Origin: Amphiscolops sp. MND2022
Lineage: Eukaryota
DNA length: 64,000 nucleotides
Assembly (NCBI GenBank): GCA_964187785.1
Contig: OZ076409.1
Coordinates: 54,250,001-54,314,000 of the forward strand
Direction of reading: 5' to 3'
Below, piece after piece: positions 12,950 to 24,438 of this stretch (the first letter of the stretch is position 1; every line of letters starts with the position of its first letter). Below the pieces are notes generated by a model. The model was not told the DNA's origin. It saw only the letters and a program-made list of their open reading frames with translations, and did no database searches. The translations under genes were made by a program, and so were the position numbers.

Positions 12950-14195
12950 TCTACAGAATTCTCTTTCAAGCAAAGAAAACTTGAGAACAACTTTAGAAAA
13001 GGCGGAAAACTATACATACAAATGGAGACAGGTGCTGAATAAAGACAAAACTGAACATTTAAATTTCTCGAAAGAAGTATTTCAGTCCGACTATAAATTT
13101 GTTGAGAGAAGTAAAATACTGGGCCTATGGTTTGAGCGAGGACGGTGGGCGTTTGGATCGAATGAATTTGCGCGAATATGCAATCTGTCACTGAGATCGA
13201 AGTAAAATGGTCAAAGAAAATGAGATCGAATCCATGTTTTCAAATACCTAGCGTTTTCAAATAACAATGTTTTTGGCCGTCGGATATGCCCCCCATTTCC
13301 TCTAATGCCCCGCAGCCCCTTGGGGCCGCTTATGTTCCCATCTTGCTAAGCGAGGTCGAACAGGAGCAAAGACCTAGCGGGAACGGAGATCGCGAAGCGA
13401 TCGTAGTGGGAGCTGGTCCTTGCGACGGTGAGGGCGAGCGTGCATACACCGTATATGATCCCATATTAGGTGGGGAAAACTACCTAAATAATTTTAAACG
13501 CTTTTAAACACTTTACAGGAGCAAAAACCTAGCAAAACCGGAAAAATTCGATCTCAAAACCTTCGATCCATTTTCGATCTCGCTTTTCGCTCACACAAAA
13601 TATCGATCCAAAAATACCCCACCTTGAGCGAGATTTGAGTTTCAAAACACATGCTGCCATTATCTCTGCCTCAGTGGTCAATTTCTGGAAAGAAACTAGT
13701 ATAATTATAACGCAAGGATTAAATCCATTTTACGCTGTACGTATCTTTGATTCATATGTGAAACCACGTGTAACGTACTGTATGACTATATGGTTTCATC
13801 AAAATATGACATCTCTGGACAAGATGTGGTGGAGTGTTCATAAATCTATCTTTGGGAGAGGAAACTACCAGGTATCAAAACACGTAGTCATTGTTTTAAG
13901 TAATATTTGGCCTCCTTCTCTACTCTACACTAATCAAGTATTAATGTTTCTACATTCAACTGCTAGAAGTGCAGATATTCTAAACCCAGGTAATTTAGCA
14001 ATCATACCCCAACAAATTAATATGGTGAGATTATTTCTGGTACACAAACTTTCAATTGTAAATCGTGACCCCGATGAAATTAAGGCAATATACATACAAT
14101 ATGTTACACAATCCTCAGTCAGTACTTTTAAGAAGGAGGTGGATGAGTATTGCAGGCACTTATGGCAACGAGAAATAAAGCAAGGTCTTATGTAC
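12950..14195 (+). mobile_element. Non-LTR retrotransposon RT C-terminal/thumb fragment, interrupted
   Basis: The frame reads LEKAENYTYKWRQVLNKDKTE...KILGLWFE|RDLSFKTH...RIFDSYVKPRVTYCMTIW. Removing the 13141-13623 insert and one TSD copy restores the frame (WFERDLSFKTH). Confidence 0.75.
13141..13623. mobile_element. MULE-type MITE with 9-bp TSD, itself containing a copy of the short repeat
   Basis: A perfect 9-bp direct repeat TTGAGCGAG lies at 13132-13140 and 13624-13632. The ends are imperfect inverted repeats (GGTGGGCGTTTGGATCGA versus the reverse complement GGTGGGGTATTTTTGGATCGA). Confidence 0.8.
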
Positions 14196-14689
14196 TGAAA
14201 TTACTCAGGGCTTAAAGTAAGAAACAGCATCATGAAAATGCTTGCACCATATCCTAGGAAAGTTTCTGTCAAAACGCTACGTGTTCTAATGAATGATTTT
14301 GAAGTACGCGAGGTATTAAAAAGAGCAAAACCAATATTTGTCCCTATTGTAGAGTTGTCGATGATACTGCACATTTCTTATTTTCCAGTGTCTCATGTCA
14401 AGAACACCGAAGGAGTTTCATTAAGGAGCTTCAAAATCAAAACATTGACGAAACGCTAGTTGGTTTGCTAAATTGCGAAAACAAGCATGTGATAAACGCG
14501 TTGGCTGGCTTTATTGCAAGCATCGATTAATTCTTACACCCCTGCAATCCTCACCTGCCTTCCTTCTGTGTCAATTCTATTTATACTACTTACTTTATTC
14601 TGGAATCAATGATAGAAAGTCATTTGTACTGCCACATCCCGGAGGTTAATTGATTATCTTCTTTTTTTTTCTTCTACAAACTGAACCTA

Positions 14690-17600
14690 ACCAGTCTGAG
14701 AGGAAGAGAGAAAAGACTGTATTATTGTATAAGGATAGCTGGTGCCAGTATACAATAAGTGTAGATTGATTTATGCTGAAGCATAAATGATTTTTTCAAG
14801 TTTTACAGGGCGATAAATTAAGTGAAGCGGCAATGACGCCAAGTATGAGATGTATGGATAGGCATACGACTACTTTCCAAAGTTAGATGCTTTCTGTGAC
14901 GACTTTTGACTGTGTGTAGACTTATACTAGTGTCTCTCAAATAGAACGGTAGTGAGTTCCACTTCGAAGAAGAACGATGAAAGAAAGAACTGAAGAGAGA
15001 TACATGACTTTCCACGTATATTATCTGATTAGTGCGATTGTTCCTCCTAAAAATCGCCGTAGGTAATTTTAAAGTGCTCTGGAAGGCTTTTCTAGTATTT
15101 TTGAGATATTGGAACAGAAATACTAGAGATTTCAACTCGATAAGTTGCTTTATTCTAATTATTTTTTTTCTCTCAGATCACTCGACGATTTAAAGCTCGA
15201 ACGGAAGTAGACAGATTTTAATGCCCAGTTCATCTGTTTCTCAAGGGAAAGTAGTAAAGGAGGGGATATTTGAGTGAAAATTATCGCAGAGTATTCGAAA
15301 TGACTGATTATTAGCGCGTAGAAAAGCATAACTAAGACTGTGGTCGGAAATTTGTGTTGTATAGATTCAATAGTTTTTATTCCATTTGCCATGTTTTTCA
15401 GAACCTTTTTTACTTGGGTTCGGAAAGTCAAATGTTGATCTAACGTTATTCCAAGATAGTTACATTCACATTTCTTTTTGACAATTGAGGAGCACACGAC
15501 AACTGTTTCGGAGTCTAGCTGTCTTTTGTCATTTCTTGGAGAAAAAGTTATGAATTCTGTTTTACTGCCATTCAAATTTAGTCGATGGGACTTAAAGTAA
15601 CTTTCAAGTTTCAAAATATTTGTTTGCAAACATTGCAAAGCAATGTCAGGGTCCTGGTGACCACAAAAAAGCAAACAATCATCGGCGTACTGGATAATGC
15701 GAGCATCCTCTGTTATCTGTCCAGTCAGGTCATTGACATATAGGTTGAAGAGCAGTGGTCCTAAAATAGTACCATGGAAACGCCTTGTTTCAGTTCTATC
15801 CAATCCAATTTGACACCATTCAATGAAACCTGCTGCAGTCTATCACTGAGGAAACTTTTTATAAAGCTGATGGTCGAAGATGAGAAACCAAGAGACGAGA
15901 GTTTAGACAAAAGGATTTCATGTGAAAGTGAGTCAAAAGCTTTTGATAAATCCAGCAAGACTGCATGAACTATTTTTCCATCCTGAATTTCTTGTTGAAC
16001 CAATTCGGTGAAAAAAACAGCATCTTCTACTGATACTTTTTTCCTAAAACCAAATTGGAGTGGAGCGAGAAGATTTTTTTCTTCAACGTAAGCTGTAATT
16101 TGCCTATGAATACATTTTTCGAGGATTTTGGAGAACGTTGTTGTTGTCGAAATGGGACGATAATTTTTGGGATCTAGAATGTCATCTTTTTTTTGAAGTT
16201 GGGGGTTATAGTCGCTCTCTTTAACATCGTAGGAAAGACACTTTCATTAATGCACTCATTTGATATGAATGTTGAGTGAGAAGTCAATATTTGCTTTCCA
16301 TCCATTATAGCCCAAGCCGGCACCTTACAAGGACCGGTAGGTTTGTTCGGTTTCAACTCATTGATGATATCGTAACGATCTTTCACTGTGATTGGACTAA
16401 AAGAGAACGAAGAATCACCGGGAAGGAAGGATGGAACTTCATCATTGATATTACCAAAATATTGACCAAGGTTCAAAAATATCAGGCTAAAATGATCGGC
16501 CATTTCCTTGTCATCAACTATCATTTTACCGAATGAATTTCTTACTGCTCCAAGATTGACCGACTTTTTATTTTGCCCTCGGGCGGTATTTATGAAATTC
16601 CATCTCTCCTTAGCGATGCACAGAGAGGAAAAACAGCTCCAGGCAAATTTCTCTTGCTTTTCTTTTAGTACCTTAGAAAGTTGATTTCTAAGTTTTGAGT
16701 ACGTAGACCAGGTTTGAGCAGAGGTATTATTACAGTATTCGTAGTAAGCTGCTTGGCGTGCCTGGGTTAAAGTTTTGCACTCGCTGTCATACCAGGATTC
16801 TTTGAAAAGTTGAGAAAATATTTTTTGACGGGTGCATGCTTTTCCACAACACTAGCTAACATATAGACAAACAGATTGAACATAACAGTAGCATTCGAAC
16901 AATTATAGATTCTAAACCATGGGATATTTGATAGTGACAGACAGAAAGCGGCTTTTTGGTAAGTACCCAAATCGAACTTTTGCAAGATTGTGCACTTCTG
17001 TTTTTCAGCGAAAACGTTTGTGAAAACTACTGAGCCAAAATGATCTGTTTTAAAAGGACTATTAAACACAAAGCATTTACCGTCTCTGATGTTTTCAGCT
17101 ATTAAATAGTCAATGTGTATTTTTGTAGTTTTACAGACACGCGTAGGTAAAATTGGGCTAGCTACGGAGAACCCATATGGCAATATGACTGTTTCTAGGT
17201 TTTCCCGTTCAAGTGGGGTGGGGTAGTCTAAATTGTAATCGCCCATCGTTGTGATGTTTGCAGGTTCGCACGTGGAGTTGTCTATATTTGTTTCTAATTG
17301 TTCAAGGAAATTATATGGAAATTGTTTCGTAGGATTATAAGTTACGTTAATCAACATGATTTTCTTACAATTTTTTGAGAAATCATTCCTACATTCTACC
17401 CAGATGGAGTCGAATTTAGTTTTATCAAAAAAATTTAGATCTTTTTGTTCCCTCGGAGCAAGTTTCAAAGGTACAAAGAGCATTACACCACCACCGTTTT
17501 TTTCGAATTTGCAGAACTTCGGTCACATTTGAAAAGCTCGTGGGTGTTTGAAGCTACATTCCAAAAAACCATGTCATCACTAGGAGTTAACCAACTTTCT

Positions 17601-18650
17601 GAGGTACCCACAATTGCGTTCGGTCCCATGTCGTTCACAAAAGATTTCAACTGAGTATGTTTTTAGATACATTTTGAAAGTTCATGTGGACTATGCGTGA
17701 ATTTTGTTTATTGTTGTCGGACAACTTGGAAAAATTATCAGAGCTAATTTCAGGACCTGGATTTTGCGCAATATCTCCACATAATATCAAAAGAGCTCAA
17801 CGAATGTTAAAAAATCGAACGAACGAAATGCATCAGATATCCCAAGGTTTCATATAAATATTTTAACACTTTTACATGCACTGGCAAGTAGCTCTCTATC
17901 CCAATTTTGCAGTTTATATAGGTTTTCAAATACGAGTTTTTCATTATCTTGCATAAACACAAATATTTTTTCATTAACAGTATGCACTCTAGCAACATCA
18001 TCCCGTTTTCTCATTTCACGAGTTACTTTAGCTCTGATTGGGGTAAGATCATCATTCACAAAAATGTTGGTATTTTTGAGATTGCGCTTGTTTTTCATTA
18101 GCTGATGTTTCGTGTCACGTCTCACAAATTTGGCTATCAGAGGTTTGGGGCCAGACCCTCCGCCAGTTAAACGGTGGCAGGTACTTACGTCATTGGCAGT
18201 AATTTGGACACCGGCCTTTTCAGCAACACTAACCACCTTCGCATAGACGTCCTCGCCTGCTCTTCTTGCACTCCGAAATTGCGGACATTCTCCCTTCGCC
18301 CATACTGCTCTATGCTGTCAGCTTCGATAATTGGCGCCAGGTCCTCCGTGGTTCACCGACTGGCTTTGTTCAGCCCCTCAAATGCACAGAATCCACACAG
18401 GAAAGGCCTCGCGAAGAAATTCTTGGGAATTTGTGTGAGTACAAATACATTTGTCCAGATGACACATCCATTCCCATCCACACCAGGTCCAGTGCATTCA
18501 ATCAGATGGTTGCTACCTTCTTCCTTTTCGCCCTGATTGGTGGAGGATGTTGAAGGGCTTCGCGCAGACGGCATTTCGTCGGGACTTCTGTTTTATCAGT
18601 TAATCTGAAACGACTTATTAAACAGCCGCAGCTATTTATTAAGTTTATCA
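14690..18650 (-). mobile_element. CR1/L2-type LINE, near full length, degenerate (ORF1 + APE endonuclease/RT ORF2)
   Basis: ORF1 (~17820-18570) has DVSTCHRL...PLIAKFVRR...IFVNDDLT. The endonuclease (16767-17650) has GDYNLD, HIDYL and TDH. The RT has KPTGPCKVPAW, VLLDLSKAFDSLSH, GTILGPLLFNLYVND and QYADD (15159-16524). Frameshifts and stops are present and the ends are approximate. Confidence 0.9.
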
Positions 18651-18950
18651 CAACAATTAGGCTAGGTCTGTAGAAAACCAAAAACAAAACCAAGATAATA
18701 CGGGACGTTTCGACATGAAAAATTTGCCGAAACGTCTCGAGTTTTTTTTACCGTCATGTACCCCTCCCACTGCTTCGCGATCTCCGTTCCGGCTAGGCCT
18801 TTGCTCATGTTCGACCTTAGCAAGATGAGAGCATGAGCAGCTACAAAGGGCTGTCAGGCACTAGAGGAAATGAGGACAGATCCGATGCACGTTTTACTTT
18901 ACATCACTTTTTCTACGGATCACAGTTTCGGTCCCTTTCAGAAGCATGAC

Positions 18951-21475
18951 AATTAGGGCCTGAGCTCCTTCTGGTCTGAGCTGGGTTGTCGGATTGATGA
19001 AGATTGGTTATTGTCAATACTTGTTTTGAGATGTTTTTGAGACAAGTGATGACAAAAATAACAGGTACATGTTTACAAACAACAAAAATAAACTGAATTA
19101 GTTTCTTAAAATAATATAATTCATAATAATAAACAGGGTAGTCTGGTTGACCTTTAATGGTCCTTTGAACTTCATCGGCCTCTAACACCCCCGCCCGATG
19201 AGAGACTCTGAGGGTCGTTGTTGGTTGATGATGGCAAATAAGGGGCAGTAATGCTCACGTTTGACTCGGTTTGATATGCAAAAACTTCGAGAAGACTTGG
19301 AAATGTACTCTTTCCCATTATCAGAACAGATTCATCTGCGCGTTCCCACTTGCGCACAGAAAAATTTGAACTGATCTAGGCACTCCTCTTTCGATTTGAG
19401 GAAAAATACCGCTGAGTACCTGATGTAGCTATCCGTAAAATTAATAGCGTTTCGATTGCCACCAAGCGAAGTAGCTAGCATCGGTCTCAAAATGTCGGTG
19501 AAAACGAGATCAAGTTTAGAAGATTTTTTTTTCTCCATTTTTCGCGATACTGGTTGCCGCCGTGACTTAGAAATTTTGCAAACTTCACAACAACAAAGTT
19601 TGTCAAAAGCACTGTGTTTCAAGCTCATTCCCGAAACATGATGAGCCAAACGTTTCAAATTTTAGAAATTGTTGTGAACAAGGCGATGATGCCACAGCAC
19701 CGCTTCTTCGATCTCGCCGGAAAAAGAACAAAGTTCAAATGTCTTTCCTTTCAAAACGTAAAGATTAAAGTGCTCTTCAAAAGGAATTGTTGCTCTTCCA
19801 TTGACAAAAATGCACAGAGATCGTCCAAAAATCACTTGAGCCCCGTTTTGTCTCAACTTGCTTACTCTGATCAAGTTATGAGAATGATCAGGAAGAAAAA
19901 GACAGTCGGAAAATGTCACAGAACGTTCGATCCCTTCTTTGTCCAAAAGTGAAAGAGAAAATGTTCCAACACCCTCACTTTGTGAAAACGTTTCATTCGC
20001 ATTTTTACTTTGCAATGTGTTTCTTCGTTAACGTTGAAGAACAGAGATTGGTCAAAAAACATATGCGAGGAAGCGCCAGGGTCGATGACCGAAGGGTGCT
20101 CCTTCACCTCGCATTTTCGGCTAGTGAGTGCAGTCTCACTACCATCGTAAGAGAAAACTAAGTCCTCAGCTAGGTTTGACTCTCCTGTCTCAGCACTTGA
20201 CCCAGGGTTCAATAGAGGGTTTTTTTGAAACATTTATTCTCTTCATGGCTAAAACGCCTGTAAAAATTGCACCGTGGATACTCTACAAGTGGCTTGTTTA
20301 TCTCCACTTTTACCGCAACACCTACACTTCTCAGTGAACTTTTCAAGTTTACGCGCGGAACTTTTCGCAACAGTTCCTTTGGATAACAAAGGAACATTTT
20401 CATTGCTAGCTGTCGCAATTTGTAGGTTACGAGAACTTTCGAAATTTTTAAATGCTTTCTTTACTTCCGCAAAAGACGCCTTATCTTTCGAAAAATCGTG
20501 CACAGTTTTGAAATAGTCATATTCGGAAGGCCAACCCTTAAGAACTATCGAAGTTAAAATGTTTTCAGAAGTTTTCTCACCAGTGAGCTCCAACTGCTTA
20601 CTTACATACTCCGCTCGAGTCAGGTAGTCAACCATGCTCTCCGTGGGCTCCAATCGCAGGGTTGTGAACTTCTCCAATAGGTTCATCACCCTCGGTGTTT
20701 CGGTGCTGTTGAAGTGGTCCTGGTCCCGCAGTAGTTGCCATGCCTTCGGACCATCACCCTTGCAGTCGTTCGTTAGCATCAGGATACTGCGGCTGTCGAG
20801 ACACTGTACCAAGTTCGCACATAATTCGTACTTCTTTTCAATCGTGCCAGCATCTGTTCCATTCAGCACGTTCAGCAGCTTCTTCGTGAAACAGAACCCC
20901 TCGAATCGCTCCCGCCACACAGCGAAGTCTTCTTCGTTGCCAGAGAATTGCAGATACTGCAAAGGTTGATCCATCGCTCACAAACTCCAGCAAAAGCCCG
21001 AAACAGGCAGAAGGAAGTAACCGAAACAAAATGGGGGCAGCAAAACAGGAATTCCCACGAAGTTAAGCTACAAAGTTAACGGAAGAGGATCGGCGGTAAC
21101 GGACGGCATAAATAGCAAAAATTTTGGATATCCGAGACGCAAAAAGCAAAAAATGGAGAGCGAAAAATAAGATCAGACGAGCATAGTAAGAGATAGCAGA
21201 AAAGGACATTAAAAAAAAACTCACCAAATTGCTGGGTCCATAACCTATTAGGGTCTGAAGTCCTTCTTGTCGTAGCTGGGTTGTCGGATGGATGAAGTTT
21301 GGTTATTGTCAATACTTTATTTTATTTGTTTTTTGAAAAAGTGATTCAGCCAACTGAAGATAAAAATAGCAGGTACCTGTTTGAAAACAACAAAAAAAAA
21401 CTAAATTAGTTCAGTCTGGTATAGTCTGAGGTGGTTGACATTTATTGGTACTTTGACCTTCATCGGTCTCTAACA
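18951..21475 (-). mobile_element. Ty1/Copia LTR retrotransposon, internally deleted (gag, protease, partial integrase; no RT/RNase H)
   Basis: The 5' LTR is 21246-21475 and the 3' LTR 18951-19187; both start TGTTAGAG. The PBS GGTTATGGACCCAGC (21231-21245) is copia tRNA-Met-fragment type, and a PPT-like GGGCGGGGG sits at 19188-19196. The TSD is AAGAC/ATGAC (1 mismatch). Coding motifs: gag 20249-20974 with a degenerate CCHC, protease IDPGAS, LWHHRL, CEVC and integrase SDNGKEY. Confidence 0.93.
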
Positions 21476-21638
21476 AAGACAAAACGCCAAAAAAGGGGTC
21501 CAAAGTTTGGAGCACAATTTTCCACATTCTGACGTTCGCATATTGACTCTACAACTACTACGTAAAACTGAATTGAGACAAGTCAACACAAATAAAACAT
21601 GGCATTTGTTTAAATTTACATTTTGATTGAGACATTTC

Positions 21639-24424
21639 TGTCACAGCCTGCTCACGGTCTGGAATGTTGCTGCAGAAGGGTAGTGATCGGCAGAGGTCAC
21701 GGATGCAATCTGAGATTCCCGAGATGGTGTTTCGGTTACTAGACACAAAGTTTAATCCTAACTTTGAAGCAAACTGTGACTGAAAATAAGAGTCTCACGA
21801 CCGTTTTGCGCAAATCTCAAATGAAAAAGAGCATTGGAAACTAATCAAACTTGAAGGATTTCACGCACTTCCGATAAGACGTTTCGGCCACGACAAAAAT
21901 GTGTTGAGTACTACATCTAAAACAGTATTTTAAGGAAAAGACATTTGAACGATTAGCTAAAATACCATACCTTGATCTATATCAAAAAAGGCATTACACA
22001 AATCCAAAATAGAAAATACTAGGAAATAAGGCTTCAAAACGGTTACGCCTCGCCGAAACAAGACTACTTAATCGCGTCTGAACAGCATTTAAAATGATTC
22101 AGAACGAAGACATATCGCTAAGTAAATAAAGATGGCAGTGGCAATAAAATTATACCATACATGTAACGTCACGAGGACGTAGACAATTTGAAAGGCATTT
22201 TGACTTAGTGACGTCACAACTCCGTCCACGCTAGCTGTAAAATAATTCCAATTATCCGTCATCACTACGTCATGGCCTTGACTGCTACCTAGGAATTCAT
22301 TCTAAATACTCGTCGGCATTGCGTCAAACTGGCCAATCTGCAAAATTTGTCAATACTTTACGTCGTCATGTCGTTGACAAGTTTATGAAAGTTGTTGAAT
22401 TAGACGGTTATAATATTAAAATGTCTATCATTTTGTTAGGAAAATTGAGGATTTCCCAATGCTAAACAGGTACAAACTTTAGTCTTGATATAGTGAACCG
22501 ATTATCTTTTCTCCGATAAAAGTTACATATTTACAAAAAAAATATTGATTCGTTTCTCCAACCTAGGCCCGCGTCAACTCTCCGCCAACAATCGTTTGAC
22601 AAGGATTTTTAGTGAATATTCCTAGTGAATGAAAAAGAAGTCACGGTTCATTTTCATATCATAATATGAACAGCTGTTCGCAACGCCTGCGGCACAATTT
22701 CACAATTTGCCCGACTGTTGATCAGTGCTATCAATATTGATGTGTGTGATCTAAATCTGATGTGCGCATTTTATAACACCTATACTCCCGTTTTCTAACC
22801 AGACGCTGTATTTCATTACTACATCTGTATTTTTTGAAATTTTCATAGCTGACATTTATATTCGTTGTCATTTCGTTGATTAATATTCCTATTTGTTAAT
22901 GTTGTTGTGTCGGTAGTTTGCGACATCTTCTAACAAACCAAAAATTGTGGATGTTAATTGTTCTTGAATAATTAAGTCCTTATCAGATTACTGTACATTT
23001 CTTTCTCCTAGCATCATCCTAAATTGCCATTTTCGAGAATTAGTTTTTTTTATCGAGCTAAAATTCAAAACGAAGTATTGGTTGTTCACGTCAGCGTCAT
23101 CTCCCGCGACCCAAAACCATCTCCCGATGGTCCCGCGAACCAGAACAGTAAAATCGAGAAATAATTCCGGATTGAAAGACTGAATTAAATTCTACTTCCT
23201 GCTTGGTCGGAAACAAAAGGACGCTGAAATGATATGATATGATCATGTTTGATGACTAATACTAATTTGAAATTATCGCGTCTTGAAACTTGACGATATG
23301 TCGACGTATTGTGAGGATCAAAATGACGGAAAAACAGGAAATGACTAAATATTTCATTACAATTAGAGTCTCATTCGTGATCAAATGATGCTAGGAGGTT
23401 ATATAGATGAAGCGTAATGATGCTTGATGGACTCAGTCTTTTGCTTTTGCTAAAATCAGTTTGAACTATTCTACTAGCTTTGATTTCAACTTTTGTTAAA
23501 CGAAACGCTGAAACTCAATTCAAAAATTTCATTCCATGATGTCAACAACTAGAAGCCAGAAAAAAAGATATGTTCAACACCCGAGCACCGAAAATGTAAG
23601 TGAAAGTTTGACTTCACTGTTTTTAGTCGGCGCGTTTTCCTTTTAAGGAAAAATGCCCGACTATAGCAGTGACCTTTTTTTTCTTCAGACTACAATCCTC
23701 ACACTGATCGGTCCACTTTTTACAATTCTGCGCAGAGCACCTGAGGCCAAGTCCGCCCAAGGCAAACTTTACTCCAAAGGGTCCCCCCTTTCATTTTTTA
23801 CTTTTTCAAGGAAACATACAAAACCGGACGTGCCCAAAGGGTCCCCCCTTTGGATTTTTTTCGGAACTGTGCGACTTTCTTTCGAAAATTTTTTAATGTC
23901 CCCAAAGGGTCCCCCCTTTGAGTTTTTTGATATTTTGCAACGGAATGTTTGTTAATAAATCCAGAAGGGTCCCCCCTTTTACATTTTTCGGCACTATGCG
24001 ACTTCTTTTTAAAGAAAAATTTTTTTCAAAAATTTCAATTTTTTTCCAAAAAAAGTGTTTTACGTTTTTTGAGCCTTAGATATGGCGCCGACTTTAGACG
24101 TTCTCGTCTTGTTGAAAGTAAGTGAGGTGCAGGCGAACCAGGACATACTGATGGCAGGTCCGTCGAACACTAAGTCCCCCAGGATTGAAAATAGTAACTT
24201 AGAGAATTTTAGAGCTTCTTTAAAAGACGAAATCCCCTCGGAGATAAAAGGTCTGCTTGTGGAATCCCAGAAAGGAATGCTGAAGTTACTAAGACCTAAA
24301 ACGAATGGAAACACTAGAGAAGAACCAGAAGATGAGCTAGAAAACAAAACGAGTTTCAACACTCCCACCAAGTCAGTTAGAATAAACTCTATCCAAAACA
24401 ACGGCTCGTACACCAGCCGTAACA
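21639..24424 (+). mobile_element. Long solo LTR (A) with ORF running to its 3' end; contains a nested repeat
   Basis: It starts TGTCACAGCC and ends CCGTAACA, with a perfect 5-bp TSD ATTTC (21634-21638, 24425-24429). The ORF begins MMSTTRSQKKR at 23536, is interrupted at ~23630-24112, and resumes ...AGPSNTKSPRIENS...YTSRN up to the terminal A. Confidence 0.8.
23740..24112. repeat. Interspersed repeat with reiterated AAGGGTCCCCC motifs, nested in solo LTR A
   Basis: The motif (CC)AAAGGGTCCCCC recurs at ~23775, ~23835, ~23903 and ~23963 (about 60-bp spacing). It splits the LTR-borne ORF. The left boundary is uncertain and may be ~23630. Confidence 0.6.
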
Positions 24425-24438
24425 ATTTCAACTAAACC

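Noticed and set aside
12705-13457. 176-bp inverted arms that look like the TIRs of one element
   Set aside because: The right arm lies inside a separate MITE with its own 9-bp TSD and the spacer is LINE RT sequence. These are two insertions of one repeat family in opposite orientation.
24082-24435. 117-aa ORF as an independent gene
   Set aside because: Its first ~10 codons come from the nested repeat, the middle from the LTR ORF and the end from flanking DNA, so it is a chimeric artefact.
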